The notes under the pieces were generated by a model that did no database searches, had not been told where the DNA came from, and saw nothing but the letters and a program-made list of their open reading frames with translations. Position numbers and translations under genes: made by a program. Source: an uncultured Methylopila sp. (GTDB lineage: Bacteria; Pseudomonadota; Alphaproteobacteria; Rhizobiales; Methylopilaceae). Taken from it: a stretch of DNA of 64,000 nucleotides. This document shows, one piece after another, positions 1 through 10,023 of the stretch. Each line of letters opens with the position of its first letter. Positions within the stretch are counted from its first letter, which is position 1. The stretch covers positions 1 through 64,000 of the forward strand of contig CABHPB010000141.1 in assembly GCA_902168115.1 (NCBI GenBank). The letters run 5' to 3'.

Positions 1-1278
1 GCCGCGGATGGTGTCGGCGCCCCCGCCGCCGGAGAGCAGGTCCGCGCCGCCGGCGCCCTCGATCTTGTCACGGAGCTCGTCGCCCACGATCCGGTCGTCC
101 GCGCCGTCGCCGACGGAGGTACGGACGAAGGACTGGATAGAGGCCCTGATGTTCGGGTTGTCGTTGAGTCCGGGATCTTCGTAGAGGTATCCGTAAGTGT
201 CATAAGCGAAGGCGAAATCGCCGCCGGCCAAAGCTGCGACCGATGGCGACTCGGTCATTTCCAGCCCGATGTTGGCGAGCTCGGTGGGTCCTACCAGCAG
301 ATTACCGGCCTGGTCGTACAGAGCCCCGAAGATGTCATCGCTTCGAAATTCGTCTTCCGAAGGATTCCCCTCCTCGTCCGGGACGCCAGGATCAAATGCT
401 TTCCCCTGCCAAGCCACCAGCACGTAGCCGTTTTCCAGCACCGTGACTTGCGGCAAGAACTCCTCAGTGTCAGGCCGCCCGTCGATGTGGATGGCCGAGC
501 CTGGCGTCTCGTTGACCGCAGTCGCACCGAACAAACGGAGCGTGACGTATTCGGCGTATTCGGACGGATCACCTTCAGCGAGCGTGAGCGCGAAGCCGCC
601 GTCGGTGAGCGCCGCGATCGAACCTCCAAGTGTATGTTGCTGTCCACTCGCCAGCACGGCGTCGGCCACGCGAACGGTTCCGTCGGCGTTGAAGACCGTC
701 GCGCGAAGCGTCGCGCTTCCGGTCGTCTGGTCACTCCAGTACGAAACCACGTATCCGCCGTCGCTCAGCGTCGTGGCGTCGAACACTCTCGTGTCGGAAA
801 GTCCTGCGCCAATCTGGACCGGCGCTCCGACCTCGCTTCCCGCCCCGTCGTAGCGCTGAACGAACAGCGCGTCTTCAAATCTGTCGGCCAAGGCGAATCC
901 GCCGTCAGCCAGTTCCGCGACCGCGCTTCCTGCGACGCTGAACCCGCTCGGATCGCCGACCGACGCACCAGTGTCGGTGAATAGATAAGCGCGGGATTCT
1001 CCCCCCACTTCCTCTCCGACGATCAGCACGTTCCCGTTGGAAAGCTGGGTGAGATCGCGAACTCCGTAGTCGAAGTCTACGGTAACCTTGCCGATGGCTT
1101 CGAATTTGTCATCATAAAATAAGACATCATTGCGGGAACCTACCCCGTATAGAAGCGCCAGCCCGCCGTTATCGAGCCCAAGCAGGGACGGGCTGTGCTC
1201 TGGAGAAATTGTATTGACCTCTGGAGGAACTATTTCTTCCTCGAGAGTTTCCAGCGAATACGTCGTCGTCACAGCCAT
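1..1278 (-). CDS. Partial CDS whose 3' end lies beyond the window. It encodes a secreted RTX-type calcium-binding protein with an N-terminal beta-propeller-like repeat region, probably a type I secretion substrate.
   Basis: My own translation of the minus strand gives one open frame from ATG 1278 down to position 1 with no stop. An AAGGAGG RBS sits 5 nt upstream of the ATG. The product starts MAVTTTYSLETLEEE with no signal peptide. It has about seven 45-50 aa repeats containing (L/A)xDGGF(A/V)L-type motifs. It ends in window with the GGxGxD nonapeptide repeats typical of hemolysin-type Ca-binding proteins (EGAGGADLLSGGGGADTIRG). It is absent from the ORF track because its stop is outside the window. 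Confidence 0.6.
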   Translation of the reverse strand, partial: MAVTTTYSLETLEEEIVPPEVNTISPEHSPSLLGLDNGGLALLYGVGSRNDVLFYDDKFEAIGKVTVDFDYGVRDLTQLSNGNVLIVGEEVGGESRAYLFTDTGASVGDPSGFSVAGSAVAELADGGFALADRFEDALFVQRYDGAGSEVGAPVQIGAGLSDTRVFDATTLSDGGYVVSYWSDQTTGSATLRATVFNADGTVRVADAVLASGQQHTLGGSIAALTDGGFALTLAEGDPSEYAEYVTLRLFGATAVNETPGSAIHIDGRPDTEEFLPQVTVLENGYVLVAWQGKAFDPGVPDEEGNPSEDEFRSDDIFGALYDQAGNLLVGPTELANIGLEMTESPSVAALAGGDFAFAYDTYGYLYEDPGLNDNPNIRASIQSFVRTSVGDGADDRIVGDELRDKIEGAGGADLLSGGGGADTIRG

Positions 1279-1742
1279 CACGACCTCCTTGCGACTGACG
1301 CGCAGGATTTACGACGCGATCGGCGGGGGCCGACTTCAACCGATGCGGAGCAGGCCGCGGACTTCGCCGCGACCAGGATTCTTCCGGCGCTGGGGGCGGA
1401 CGCCAGACATGCAATCTGAAGACGCAGGCGAAAGTATCCGATAACTCGATACCCGAAATCATCACAAAGTCTGGGCGCCGCGTAAAGCAACTTGTGGATC
1501 AAGGACTTCGGGCGACGTCCGAGGCGTCGCGCCGGTTCACTTTTTGTTGGCGCGGCCAAGTCATCGCGGCCCACGGCAGTCGCGCAGCACGATAATACCT
1601 TATTGGATCAACCGCGCGCCGCTGCGCCACCCACCGCTTTCGCGGAGGGGCGGCGCCATCGCCCGGCGAACACGGCGCCCTCCGAGCTTGACGGCCCCGC
1701 TGCAATCCGGTCAGCGTCCGGCCTCTTCGGCGAAGGATTGGG

Positions 1743-2873
1743 ATGGCGGACAGATACGATCTCGCAATTGTCGGCGCCGGCGTCGTCGGTCTCGCGCATG
1801 CGCTGGCCGCGGCGCGCGGCGGGCGGCGCGTCGTCGTGATCGAGCGCGAGGCGCGCGCGGTCGGCGCGTCGCTGCGCATGGCCGGGCTGATCACCGTGGC
1901 CGGCCATTCGGCGGGCGCCTCATGGCGGCGCGCGAAGCGCTCGCGCGAGATCTGGGCCGATGTCTGCGCCAAGGCGGGCGTGCGGATCGAGCATGAGGGG
2001 CTCGCGGTTGTCGCGCGCCGCGCCGAGGCCGCCACCGTGCTGGAAGCCTTCGTCGCGACCGAAAGCGGCGCCGGCTGCGCCTTCTATCGCCCGGACGACG
2101 CGCACGCCCTGTTCCCGCATTTCAAGGGCGACATCGCCGGCGTGTTCTGGAGCCCCGACGAGATCCGCGTCGAGCCGCGCGCCGCCCTGTCCAAGATTTC
2201 CGCCTGGCTCGCCGACGCCCATGACGTCGCCTTCCGGTGGGAGACCGCCGTCACCGGGATCGAAGACGGCCTCGTGCGGACCTCGCGCGGCCCGATCGCG
2301 GCGGACGCGGTCGTCGTCTGCGCCGGCGACGACTTCCGCTCGCTCGGCGGCGAGGCGCTGGTCGGGACGGGGCTAACGCGCGCGAAGTCGCAGATGCTGC
2401 GCGTGCGCTGCGAGGACGGGTTCGAGCTGCCGGGCGCGGTGGCGAGCGACCTCGCCATCCCGCGGCTGCCGGCCTTCGGCGGCCTCGACGGCGCCGACGC
2501 GCTGCGCGGGAAGCTGGAGGCGGAGCAGCCCGATCACCTCCGGCACGGCGTCTCGATGCTCGCCTCCCAGTCGGCCGACGGGTCGGTGGTGCTGATGGGC
2601 AGCCGCCAGATCGAGGCGACGCCCGACCCGTTCCAGAGCGAGGCGATCGACGGGCTCATCCTCGACGAGTTCGAAGAGGTGTTCGGCAAGCGTCCGAAGG
2701 AGGTGCTGTCACGCTGGACCGGCGTCTACGCCTTTTCCGGCGAGCGGTCCGTGGTGGTCGGGGCGCCGTCGGAGCGCGTGCGCGTGGTCGTCGCCGCGTC
2801 CCCGGCGGGCGCGAGCTCGGCCTTCGCGGTCGGCGAGGACGTCATCGCGGAGCTTTACGGCAAGTCCGTCTGA
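1743..2873 (+). CDS. FAD-dependent oxidoreductase of the DAO / glycine-oxidase type.
   Basis: The N-terminus DLAIVGAGVVGLAHALAAARGGRRVVVIE is a Rossmann FAD-binding fold. The protein is 376 aa. AAGGATTGG lies upstream of the ATG. Confidence 0.7.
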   Translation: MADRYDLAIVGAGVVGLAHALAAARGGRRVVVIEREARAVGASLRMAGLITVAGHSAGASWRRAKRSREIWADVCAKAGVRIEHEGLAVVARRAEAATVLEAFVATESGAGCAFYRPDDAHALFPHFKGDIAGVFWSPDEIRVEPRAALSKISAWLADAHDVAFRWETAVTGIEDGLVRTSRGPIAADAVVVCAGDDFRSLGGEALVGTGLTRAKSQMLRVRCEDGFELPGAVASDLAIPRLPAFGGLDGADALRGKLEAEQPDHLRHGVSMLASQSADGSVVLMGSRQIEATPDPFQSEAIDGLILDEFEEVFGKRPKEVLSRWTGVYAFSGERSVVVGAPSERVRVVVAASPAGASSAFAVGEDVIAELYGKSV

Positions 2874-2976
2874 GCCTCGAAGACGGCTCTCGCGCGCCTC
2901 GGGGGTTTCGCGGATGCGCAAGGGGCGCTAGAGGCAGGCTCTCGCCCGACCTACAGCCGCATTTGGACGCCTTCCG

Positions 2977-4452
2977 ATGACCCGCCGCGCCGACCTGACC
3001 CCCGCCCGCCTGCCGCGCGGCTTCGCCGACCGCGGCGCGGCCGAGCTCAAGGCCGTGCGCGAGATGGCCGACGCGATCCGCGAGACCTACGAGCTTTGGG
3101 GTTTTGAAGGCCTCGAGACGCCGGCCTTCGAATACACCGACGCGCTCGGAAAATTCCTGCCGGACCAGGACCGCCCGAACGCCGGCGTGTTCTCGCTGCA
3201 GGACGACGACGACCAGTGGCTGTCGCTGCGCTACGACCTGACCGCCCCGCTGGCGCGCTTCGTGGCGGAGAACTTCCAGCGGCTGCCAAAACCTTATCGC
3301 AGCTACCGGTTCGGTCCGGTGTTCCGCAACGAGAAGCCGGGCCCGGGTCGCTTCCGCCAGTTCCTGCAGTTCGACGCCGACATCGTCGGAGCGCCGAACG
3401 TCACGGCCGACGCCGAGATGTGCATGATGATGGCCGACACGCTGGAAGCCGTCGGCGTCGCGCGCGGCGATTACGTCATCAAGGTCAACAACCGCAAGAT
3501 CCTTGACGGCGTCATGGAGGCGATCGGCCTCGCGGGCGACGACAACGCCGGACGCCGCCTGACGGTGCTGCGCGCCGTCGACAAGCTCGACCGTCTGGGA
3601 CCGGACGGGGTTCGGGCGCTGCTCGGCGCCGGGCGCAAGGACGAGAGCGGCGACTTCACGAAGGGCGCGGGGCTGGACGAGGCCGCGGCCGCCCGCGTTC
3701 TCGCGATCCTCGGCGCCAAGGCCCCGACCAACGGCGAGACCGTGTCGAAACTGTCCGACGAGTTCGCCTCGACCCCAACCGGCGCGGAGGGGGCCGCCGA
3801 GCTGTCGCAGATGGCCGGACTGATCGAGGCGGCCGGCTACGCCGACCGGGTCTCGATCGACCCCTCCGTCGTCCGCGGCCTCGAATATTACACCGGCCCG
3901 GTCTTCGAGGCCGAGCTGACCTTCAAGATCGAGGACGAGGACGGCCGTCCGATCCAGTTCGGCTCGGTCGGCGGCGGCGGCCGCTACGATGGGCTGGTCG
4001 GGCGCTTCATGGCCGAGAACGTGCCGGCGACGGGCTTCTCCATCGGCATGTCGCGCCTGCTCGCGGCCCTCGCCGCGCTCAGGAAGGACGAGGCGAAGGC
4101 CCCCGGCCCGGTCGTCGTGCTGGTGCTCGACCGCGACCGGATCGGCGACTCGATGGCGCTGGCCTCGACCCTGCGCGGCGCAGGGATCGCCGCCGAATGC
4201 TATCTCGGCGGCTCCGGCATGAAGGCGCAGATGAAATACGCCGACCGCCGCAGTTCGCCCTGCGTCGTCATTCAGGGCTCCGACGAGCGCGAGAAAAGCG
4301 AGGTCACGCTGAAGGACCTCGTCGAGGGCGCGAAGGCCGCGCAGGCGATCTCGGACCGCGCCGAATGGACCGAGAGCCGTCCTGCGCAGGTGACGGTGCC
4401 GCAGGGGCGGCTGGTCGAGGAAGTGAAGGCGATCCTCGCCCGCCACGCCTGA
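2977..4452 (+). CDS. hisS: Histidine--tRNA ligase.
   Basis: Class II aaRS motifs are present: [11 protein letters not shown] and [23 protein letters not shown]. The protein is 491 aa with a C-terminal anticodon-binding region. Confidence 0.9.
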   Translation: MTRRADLTPARLPRGFADRGAAELKAVREMADAIRETYELWGFEGLETPAFEYTDALGKFLPDQDRPNAGVFSLQDDDDQWLSLRYDLTAPLARFVAENFQRLPKPYRSYRFGPVFRNEKPGPGRFRQFLQFDADIVGAPNVTADAEMCMMMADTLEAVGVARGDYVIKVNNRKILDGVMEAIGLAGDDNAGRRLTVLRAVDKLDRLGPDGVRALLGAGRKDESGDFTKGAGLDEAAAARVLAILGAKAPTNGETVSKLSDEFASTPTGAEGAAELSQMAGLIEAAGYADRVSIDPSVVRGLEYYTGPVFEAELTFKIEDEDGRPIQFGSVGGGGRYDGLVGRFMAENVPATGFSIGMSRLLAALAALRKDEAKAPGPVVVLVLDRDRIGDSMALASTLRGAGIAAECYLGGSGMKAQMKYADRRSSPCVVIQGSDEREKSEVTLKDLVEGAKAAQAISDRAEWTESRPAQVTVPQGRLVEEVKAILARHA

Positions 4453-4464
4453 CGCAGTCTGTCC

Positions 4465-4487
4465 TGTCCCGGGCTCGAGCCGGGACA
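4465..4487. terminator. GC-rich hairpin between convergent hisS and the small secreted-protein gene. It may be a bidirectional terminator but has no clean U-tract.
   Basis: The sequence tgtcccgg-gctcgag-ccgggaca forms a near-perfect inverted repeat. It lies 13 nt after the hisS stop. Confidence 0.4.
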
Positions 4488-4491
4488 AAAG

Positions 4492-4884
4492 TCATTGCGC
4501 GATGCGTGCTGTACCCGTGAGGCCGTCGTCGCGCGTCCAGGCAATCTGCGCGGGTCCGGTCGATCGGATCGTGAAGCAGAATTGTTTGCCGGCGTACCAG
4601 CTCTTCCACTTCTGGCAGAGCTTTGAGCCGTCGACCCACCAGCTGCCGCTGTCGGTCGGCTGCATGAAGCGGCCAAGGCCGATCGCCTTGCCGGACCCGT
4701 CGACCGTGCCGTCGGACCGGTAGTTCAGCGGAAACTCGCCGCCGAACGGCGTCGCCAGATAGACCTGCCGGCCCGAAATCCTGTCCTTGAGCTCGGCGCC
4801 GCCGAGATCTTCGGCCCGGGCCGACGACCCAGCGAGCGCTGCGACCGACAAGGCGCAGAACGACATAAGCAGCGTGGTTCGCAT
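4492..4884 (-). CDS. Small secreted hypothetical protein of 130 aa with an N-terminal signal peptide.
   Basis: An internal ATG at 4884 gives MRTTLLMSFCALSVAALAGSSARA, a signal peptide, preceded by AAGGAG. The longer track ORF 4492..5295 has a low-complexity N-extension. I trimmed it. Confidence 0.55.
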   Translation of the reverse strand: MRTTLLMSFCALSVAALAGSSARAEDLGGAELKDRISGRQVYLATPFGGEFPLNYRSDGTVDGSGKAIGLGRFMQPTDSGSWWVDGSKLCQKWKSWYAGKQFCFTIRSTGPAQIAWTRDDGLTGTARIAQ

Positions 4885-5107
4885 GGCCGGCGCTCCTTGG
4901 TCCCCCCAAGTCGAATCCCGGACAAAGTTTTTCGAACTACGTCGCGCCGGCCAGAACGGATCGTCCTCGCACAATATCTTGCGCGCAATATTTTTGATGA
5001 ACCAGCATTTCCATCCCTGCGTACCGTCTTCAGGCTTCCGCGCCGCGTATGCGGCGTTCGAGTTCGGCGCGACGGCCGCCAACAACTGACAGGGATGGAG
5101 AATGCAA

Positions 5108-6004
5108 ATGACCGACGCTACGAGCACCGTAGCGGCTGAGGCCGTGCGCGTGGACTTGACCGCAGGCAGACGAGCATTTCTTCGAACCTGCGGGCTGGCG
5201 GCCGCGGGCGCCGCCGCGCTTGGCGTAGCCGGGCGGCCAAGCGCCGCGACGGCGCAGGCCGTGACAGACGGCGACGTGCTAAACTTCGCGCTCAACCTCG
5301 AATATCTCGAGGCCGAGTTCTACCTGCGCGCCACGACCGGAACCGGCCTTGACGACTCCGACACCGGCGGCGTCGGCGACAAGGGCGGGGTCAAGGGCGG
5401 CCGCAAGGTCAAGTTCGACACCACCGCGATCAAGCTCTACGCGGAAGAGATCGCCGGCGACGAGCTCGCCCATGTGCGCTTCCTGCGCGCAGGTCTCGGC
5501 GGCGGCGCGGTCGCGCGCCCGCAGATCGATCTGAAGAAGAGCTTCACCGCCGCCGCCAAAGCCGCGGGGCTCGTCAAGGGCGACCAGGAATTCGACGCCT
5601 TCGCCAACGAGACGAACTTCCTGCTCGCCTCCTTTATCTTCGAGGACGTCGGCGTCACGGCCTACAAGGGCGCCGCGCCGCTGCTCGCCGACAAGGGCTT
5701 TCTGGAAGCGGCGGCCGGAATCCTCGGCGTCGAGGCCTATCACGCCGGCATCATCCGGACGCTGTTGTTCCAGAAGGGCCTCATCAAGGAGGCCAAGGCG
5801 ATCTCGGACGCCCGCGACTCTCTGGACGGCTCCTCGCCGATCGATCAGGGCATCGGCATCCAGCGCAAGGCCAACCTCGTCCCGACCGACGACAACGGCA
5901 TCGCCTTCAGCCGCTCCGTGCCGCAGGTGAAGTCGATCGTCTATCTCGGCGGCGACGGCAAGGGCGGCTTCTACCCGAAGGGAATCAACGGCGCCTTCGC
6001 CTGA
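5108..6004 (+). CDS. Tat-secreted ferritin-like domain protein (Ferritin_2 / DUF4439-like).
   Basis: It has the twin-arginine motif RRAFLRTCGLAAAGAAAL. It has the hallmark NFALNLEYLEAEFY of ferritin-like proteins. GGAGA lies 5 nt before the second ATG, and the track starts at 5102. Confidence 0.7.
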   Translation: MTDATSTVAAEAVRVDLTAGRRAFLRTCGLAAAGAAALGVAGRPSAATAQAVTDGDVLNFALNLEYLEAEFYLRATTGTGLDDSDTGGVGDKGGVKGGRKVKFDTTAIKLYAEEIAGDELAHVRFLRAGLGGGAVARPQIDLKKSFTAAAKAAGLVKGDQEFDAFANETNFLLASFIFEDVGVTAYKGAAPLLADKGFLEAAAGILGVEAYHAGIIRTLLFQKGLIKEAKAISDARDSLDGSSPIDQGIGIQRKANLVPTDDNGIAFSRSVPQVKSIVYLGGDGKGGFYPKGINGAFA

Positions 6005-6026
6005 GGCGGAGAAAGCTCGGGGCGGT

Positions 6027-6311
6027 CTAGGGCCGCCCCGCGCCCTGTCCTTCGAGTTCCGTCCTGACGTCGTCTTCCGTGACGGACGCCATCGGCTTCT
6101 TGAACTTGATCGCCTCGGTCTTGCGGCCGGCGCGCATCACCAGCGCGAAGGTCTCGGCGCCGCCGCATTCGGGGTCGCCGCAGGCGATCTCGCTCACCGT
6201 CACGGCGTCGTCGTCCCCGAGCGACAGACGGGTCCGGATGAGCTCCGCGACGCGCCGCGAATTGTCGGCGCGGGCGGGATCTTCCGGCTGGCGGCGAAAC
6301 AGGATGGCCAT
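6027..6311 (-). CDS. Small conserved-looking hypothetical protein of 94 aa with an ACGDPECGG motif. It sits directly downstream of the COG0523 GTPase.
   Basis: The ORF is in the track. It has balanced composition and the same orientation as the COG0523 gene, with a 143 nt gap. I cannot assign a family by eye. Confidence 0.45.
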   Translation of the reverse strand: MAILFRRQPEDPARADNSRRVAELIRTRLSLGDDDAVTVSEIACGDPECGGAETFALVMRAGRKTEAIKFKKPMASVTEDDVRTELEGQGAGRP

Positions 6312-6454
6312 GACGCGACCGTTCTACGCCCTCGCGGGACGGGTGGACAGGGCGGCGAGAGCGGTGGACAGCGTGACCACCTTGACCTCCTGAACACCCG
6401 GTTTCGCGCCCGTTGCGCCGGCTGCACGCGCCGGCCAATTCCCCGAACCTGCGC

Positions 6455-7663
6455 TCAGGCCGCCTCGCGCCGCCAGAGCGGAAAGGGATCGGGCAGCCGC
6501 CGCAGCGCGGTCCAGTCCACCGCCTCCGCGGTCTCGGGCCCGACCAGCGCCTCCTCCAGCGCCGCGCGCATCGCCTGCTCGTCGAGCCGCACGCCGATAT
6601 AGACGAGCTCCTGTCGCCGGTCGCCCCAACCCTCGACCCAGCGCTCCTGCAGCCAGTCACGCCATTCGGCGTGCTCCGGCCACTGCTCGCGGGGCGTCGA
6701 AGCCCACCAGATCCCCCCGCCCTCGGTCTGGCAGACGGCGCCGGCCAGTGACATCTCCCCCGCCCAGTCCGGCCGGGTGGCGAGCCAGAAGTGGCCCTTG
6801 GCGCGCACGAGCCCCGGCCAGTCGCGCGCGAGAAAGTCCGCGAAGCGCTGCGGATGGAACGGCCGGCGGGCCCGGAACACGAAGCTGGAGACGCCGTATT
6901 CCTCGGTCTCGGGCACATGCTCTGCGAAGCCGAACAGCTCCGTCATCCAGGCGGGCCGGCGACGGGCGGCGTCGAAGTCGAAGCGGCCGGTGTCGAGCAC
7001 CTCGCTCAGGTCCACGCGGCCGAAATCCGCCTCGATCAGCCGGGCCTCGCGATTGAGCGATCGCACCACGGCGCGCACGTCGGAGCGCCTGGCCGCATCG
7101 ACGCTGGAGGCCTTGTTGACGACGAGCACGTCGGCGAACTCGATCTGGTCGGCGAGCAGGTGGACGAGGGTGCGCACGTCCCCCTCCCCCGCGCTCTCGC
7201 CCCGGGCGGCGAGGAAATCGCGACTCGAGAAGTCGCGCAGCAGGCTGGTCGCGTCGACGACCGTCACCATGGCGTCGAGCCTGGCGACGTCCGAGAGCGA
7301 GGCGCCGTCCTCGTCGCGGAAATCGAAGGTCGCGGCGACCGGCAGCGGCTCCGACACGCCCGTCGACTCGATCACCAGGCAGTCGAAGCGCCCGCTCTCG
7401 GCGAGCCGGCGCACCTCGGTCAGCAGGTCGTCCCGCAGCGTGCAGCAGATGCAGCCGTTCGACATCTCGACCAGCGTCTCCTCGGCGCGAAGCACGTCGC
7501 CCGCGCGCACGATGTCGGCGTCGATGTTCACCTCGCTCATGTCGTTGACGATCACCGCGACCCGGCGGCCGTCGCGATTGGCGAGGATATGATTGAGCAT
7601 GGTGGTCTTGCCCGCTCCAAGGAATCCCGACAGCACGGTCACGGGGAGGCGTCGGTCGGTCAT
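6455..7663 (-). CDS. COG0523 / G3E-family GTPase (CobW/YjiA/ZigA-like putative zinc metallochaperone).
   Basis: It has the P-loop [15 protein letters not shown], the metal-binding motif [11 protein letters not shown], and the C-terminal CobW_C-like region. I moved the start to the second ATG at 7663 ([13 protein letters not shown]). The first 13 codons of the track ORF run through an AT-rich promoter-like segment. Confidence 0.85.
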   Translation of the reverse strand: MTDRRLPVTVLSGFLGAGKTTMLNHILANRDGRRVAVIVNDMSEVNIDADIVRAGDVLRAEETLVEMSNGCICCTLRDDLLTEVRRLAESGRFDCLVIESTGVSEPLPVAATFDFRDEDGASLSDVARLDAMVTVVDATSLLRDFSSRDFLAARGESAGEGDVRTLVHLLADQIEFADVLVVNKASSVDAARRSDVRAVVRSLNREARLIEADFGRVDLSEVLDTGRFDFDAARRRPAWMTELFGFAEHVPETEEYGVSSFVFRARRPFHPQRFADFLARDWPGLVRAKGHFWLATRPDWAGEMSLAGAVCQTEGGGIWWASTPREQWPEHAEWRDWLQERWVEGWGDRRQELVYIGVRLDEQAMRAALEEALVGPETAEAVDWTALRRLPDPFPLWRREAA

Positions 7664-7685
7664 GTGCGCATCCTTCAAGTTGGTT

Positions 7686-7697
7686 ATGTTATAACGT
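7686..7697. promoter_or_regulatory. Putative Zur-box-like palindrome ATGTTATAACGT overlapping the promoter of the COG0523 gene.
   Basis: A 10/12 palindrome sits in an unusually AT-rich stretch (ggttatgttataacgttgcatat) 20-35 nt upstream of the start codon. Its core resembles the TGTTATAACA-type Zur boxes that typically control COG0523 genes. Confidence 0.4.
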
Positions 7698-7865
7698 TGC
7701 ATATACAGGCCGTGTTTCGCCGTAAAGGCGGCGCGGCTGGCGTGCGAGCGCGAAAATGGTCGCGCCGGAGCGGCGCGCCTGCTAGAGGCGCGGGCGATCG
7801 GCCGGGAACTTCACCGCCCCGGCCTGCGAAGCCCCGGACTGCAAAAACCCAACTGCGCAAGAGCC

Positions 7866-8960
7866 ATGTCGCGTAAGCCCGCTTTGCCCGACCAGATCGT
7901 CGACCGCCTCGTCGCAGCCGGCTTCGCGCGCGTCGAGCCCGGCGTGCTGCAGCCGGCCGAACCGTTCCTCGACGTCATGGGCGAGGAGCTGCGCCAGCGG
8001 ATCTTCCTCACGACCGACGCCGCCGGCCGGGAGCTCTGCCTGCGCCCGGACTTCACCATCCCGACCGCCCTCGTCCACATGGCGGGCGCGAAGAGCGGCG
8101 CGGCGTCGTCCTACTTCTACGAAGGCCCGGTGTTCCGCCACGGCGCGAACGGCGGAGAGGCGCCTCAGGCGGGCGTCGAGATGTTCGGCCGCGCCGACGC
8201 GACGGCGGCCGAGACGGAGGCGCTCGCCCTTGCGCTCGAAGCCTGCGCCGCGCTCGGCGTCCCCGCCCCGCTGGTCCGGCTCGGCGACCGGGCGATCGTC
8301 GAGGCGGCGGTCGAGGCGCTCGACGCGCCGGCCGCCTTCCGCGGCCGCGTGCGCCGCGCCCTGAAGCGCGGTCGCTCGATCGAAGAGCTCTGCGTCGCAA
8401 GGCCGGGAGAGACCGAGCACGCCGGCCTGTTCGCGGCGCTCGCGTCCGCAGGGCCGGACGCCGGCCGCGCCGTCATCGAGGATCTTCTTTCGCTCGCCGG
8501 GATCGCTGCGGTCGGCGGGCGCACGGCCGGCGAGATCGCCGAGCGCTTCCTCGAGCGGGCGGCGGCGAACTCCGTGACGCTCGCGCCGCAGGCCAAGAAG
8601 ATGCTCGGCTCCCTGCTCGCCGTGGACGACCTCGCGCCCGCAGCGCTCGGCGCCCTGACAACCATCGCGGCTGGCGCCGCCCTCCCCGTCCAGTCCGCGG
8701 TCGCGCGGCTCGGCGAGCGGCTGGAGGCGTTCCGGGCGGCGGGCCTTCCGGTCGAGACGATGCGCTTCTCGGCCCGCTTCGGCCGCGGCCTCGACTATTA
8801 CGACGGCCTCGTCTTCGAGCTTTCGGGCGCGGCCGGCGAACAGCCGCTCGCGGGCGGCGGCCGCTATGACGGGCTGCTGAGCGCGCTCGGCTCTCCGACG
8901 CCGGTCACCGGCGTCGGCTTCGCGCTCTGGCTCGGACGCTTCCCGGAGGCCGGTCGATGA
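7866..8960 (+). CDS. hisZ: ATP phosphoribosyltransferase regulatory subunit (HisS paralog).
   Basis: It has a HisS-like class II core without an anticodon-binding domain. The protein is 364 aa. It overlaps the hisG start by 4 nt. Confidence 0.85.
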   Translation: MSRKPALPDQIVDRLVAAGFARVEPGVLQPAEPFLDVMGEELRQRIFLTTDAAGRELCLRPDFTIPTALVHMAGAKSGAASSYFYEGPVFRHGANGGEAPQAGVEMFGRADATAAETEALALALEACAALGVPAPLVRLGDRAIVEAAVEALDAPAAFRGRVRRALKRGRSIEELCVARPGETEHAGLFAALASAGPDAGRAVIEDLLSLAGIAAVGGRTAGEIAERFLERAAANSVTLAPQAKKMLGSLLAVDDLAPAALGALTTIAAGAALPVQSAVARLGERLEAFRAAGLPVETMRFSARFGRGLDYYDGLVFELSGAAGEQPLAGGGRYDGLLSALGSPTPVTGVGFALWLGRFPEAGR

Positions 8961-9964
8961 GCGGACCCCTCATCCTCGGCGTGCCGTCCAAGGGGCGGCT
9001 GCAGGAGAACGTGCAGGCGTTCTTCGCCCGCGCGGGGCTTGTCTTCACCCGCAGCGGCGGGGCGCGCGAGTATCGCGGCGCGATCGCAGACGTCGCGGAC
9101 GTCGAGATCGCCTATCTCTCCGCCTCCGAGATCGCGGGCCAGCTCGCCAGCGGCGCGATCCACCTCGGCGTCACCGGCGAGGACCTGATCCGCGAGACGA
9201 TCCCCGACGCCGACGCCTCGGTGAAGCTGCTGCAGCCGCTCGGCTTCGGCTACGCCGACGTCGTCGTCGCCGCGCCGAAGTCGTGGATCGACGTGCGCGA
9301 CATGGCCGACCTCGACGACGTCGCCGAGGACATGCGCCGCCGCCACGGCCGGCGCCTCCGCGTCGCGACCAAATACGTGAACCTCACCCGCCGCTTCTTC
9401 GCCGGCGAGCTCGGCCGCGAGGGCCGGCCGGGGGTCGTCGTCACCAACTACCGGATCGTCGAGAGCTCGGGCGCGACCGAGGGCGCGCCGGCCGCAGGCG
9501 CGGCGGATGTGATCGTCGACATAACGACGACCGGCGCGACGCTCGCCGCCAACGCGCTGAAGATCCTCGACGACGGGGTGATGCTGAAGAGCGAGGCCCA
9601 GCTGGTCGCGAGCCTGAAGGCCTCTTGGGGCCCGGCCGCCAAGGCCGCCGGCCGCTCGATCCTGACGCGCATCTCCGCGGAGGTGCGCGCCCGCGCGGTG
9701 CGCGAGGTGCGGGCCGCCTTCGAGGGCCGGGTCGAGCGCCTGATCGTCGACCTCGGCGCCCGCTTCGACGCCCGCGCCCCCTTCGGCGCCCCGGCCGCCG
9801 GCGCGCCGCTGGTCCTGCATGTGCCCAAGCGCGCGGTGTTCCCGCTGGTCGAGGCCCTGTCCGCCGCCGGCGCCGGCACGATCACGGTCGCGACGCTGGA
9901 AGACGTTTTCGAGCCCGAGCCCAAGCTCGTCGCGACCTTTGCGGACGCAGTCGAGGGGCTTTAG
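8957..9964 (+). CDS. hisG: ATP phosphoribosyltransferase.
   Basis: It starts MSGPLILGVPSKGRLQE and contains VTGEDLIRE and TTGATL. The protein is 335 aa with a C-terminal HisG_C-like regulatory extension. The start is coupled to the hisZ stop. Confidence 0.9.
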   Translation: MSGPLILGVPSKGRLQENVQAFFARAGLVFTRSGGAREYRGAIADVADVEIAYLSASEIAGQLASGAIHLGVTGEDLIRETIPDADASVKLLQPLGFGYADVVVAAPKSWIDVRDMADLDDVAEDMRRRHGRRLRVATKYVNLTRRFFAGELGREGRPGVVVTNYRIVESSGATEGAPAAGAADVIVDITTTGATLAANALKILDDGVMLKSEAQLVASLKASWGPAAKAAGRSILTRISAEVRARAVREVRAAFEGRVERLIVDLGARFDARAPFGAPAAGAPLVLHVPKRAVFPLVEALSAAGAGTITVATLEDVFEPEPKLVATFADAVEGL

Positions 9965-10023
9965 GGGCCCAAAGGGCTAGCGCGCCGCTTGAAGACGGCC
10001 TGCAACGCACGCACTGTTCCGCG

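Noticed and set aside
2842-4488. 548-aa minus-strand ORF opposite hisS.
   Set aside because: It is an Arg/Ala/Gly-rich antisense artifact of high GC. The plus frame has clear HisS motifs.
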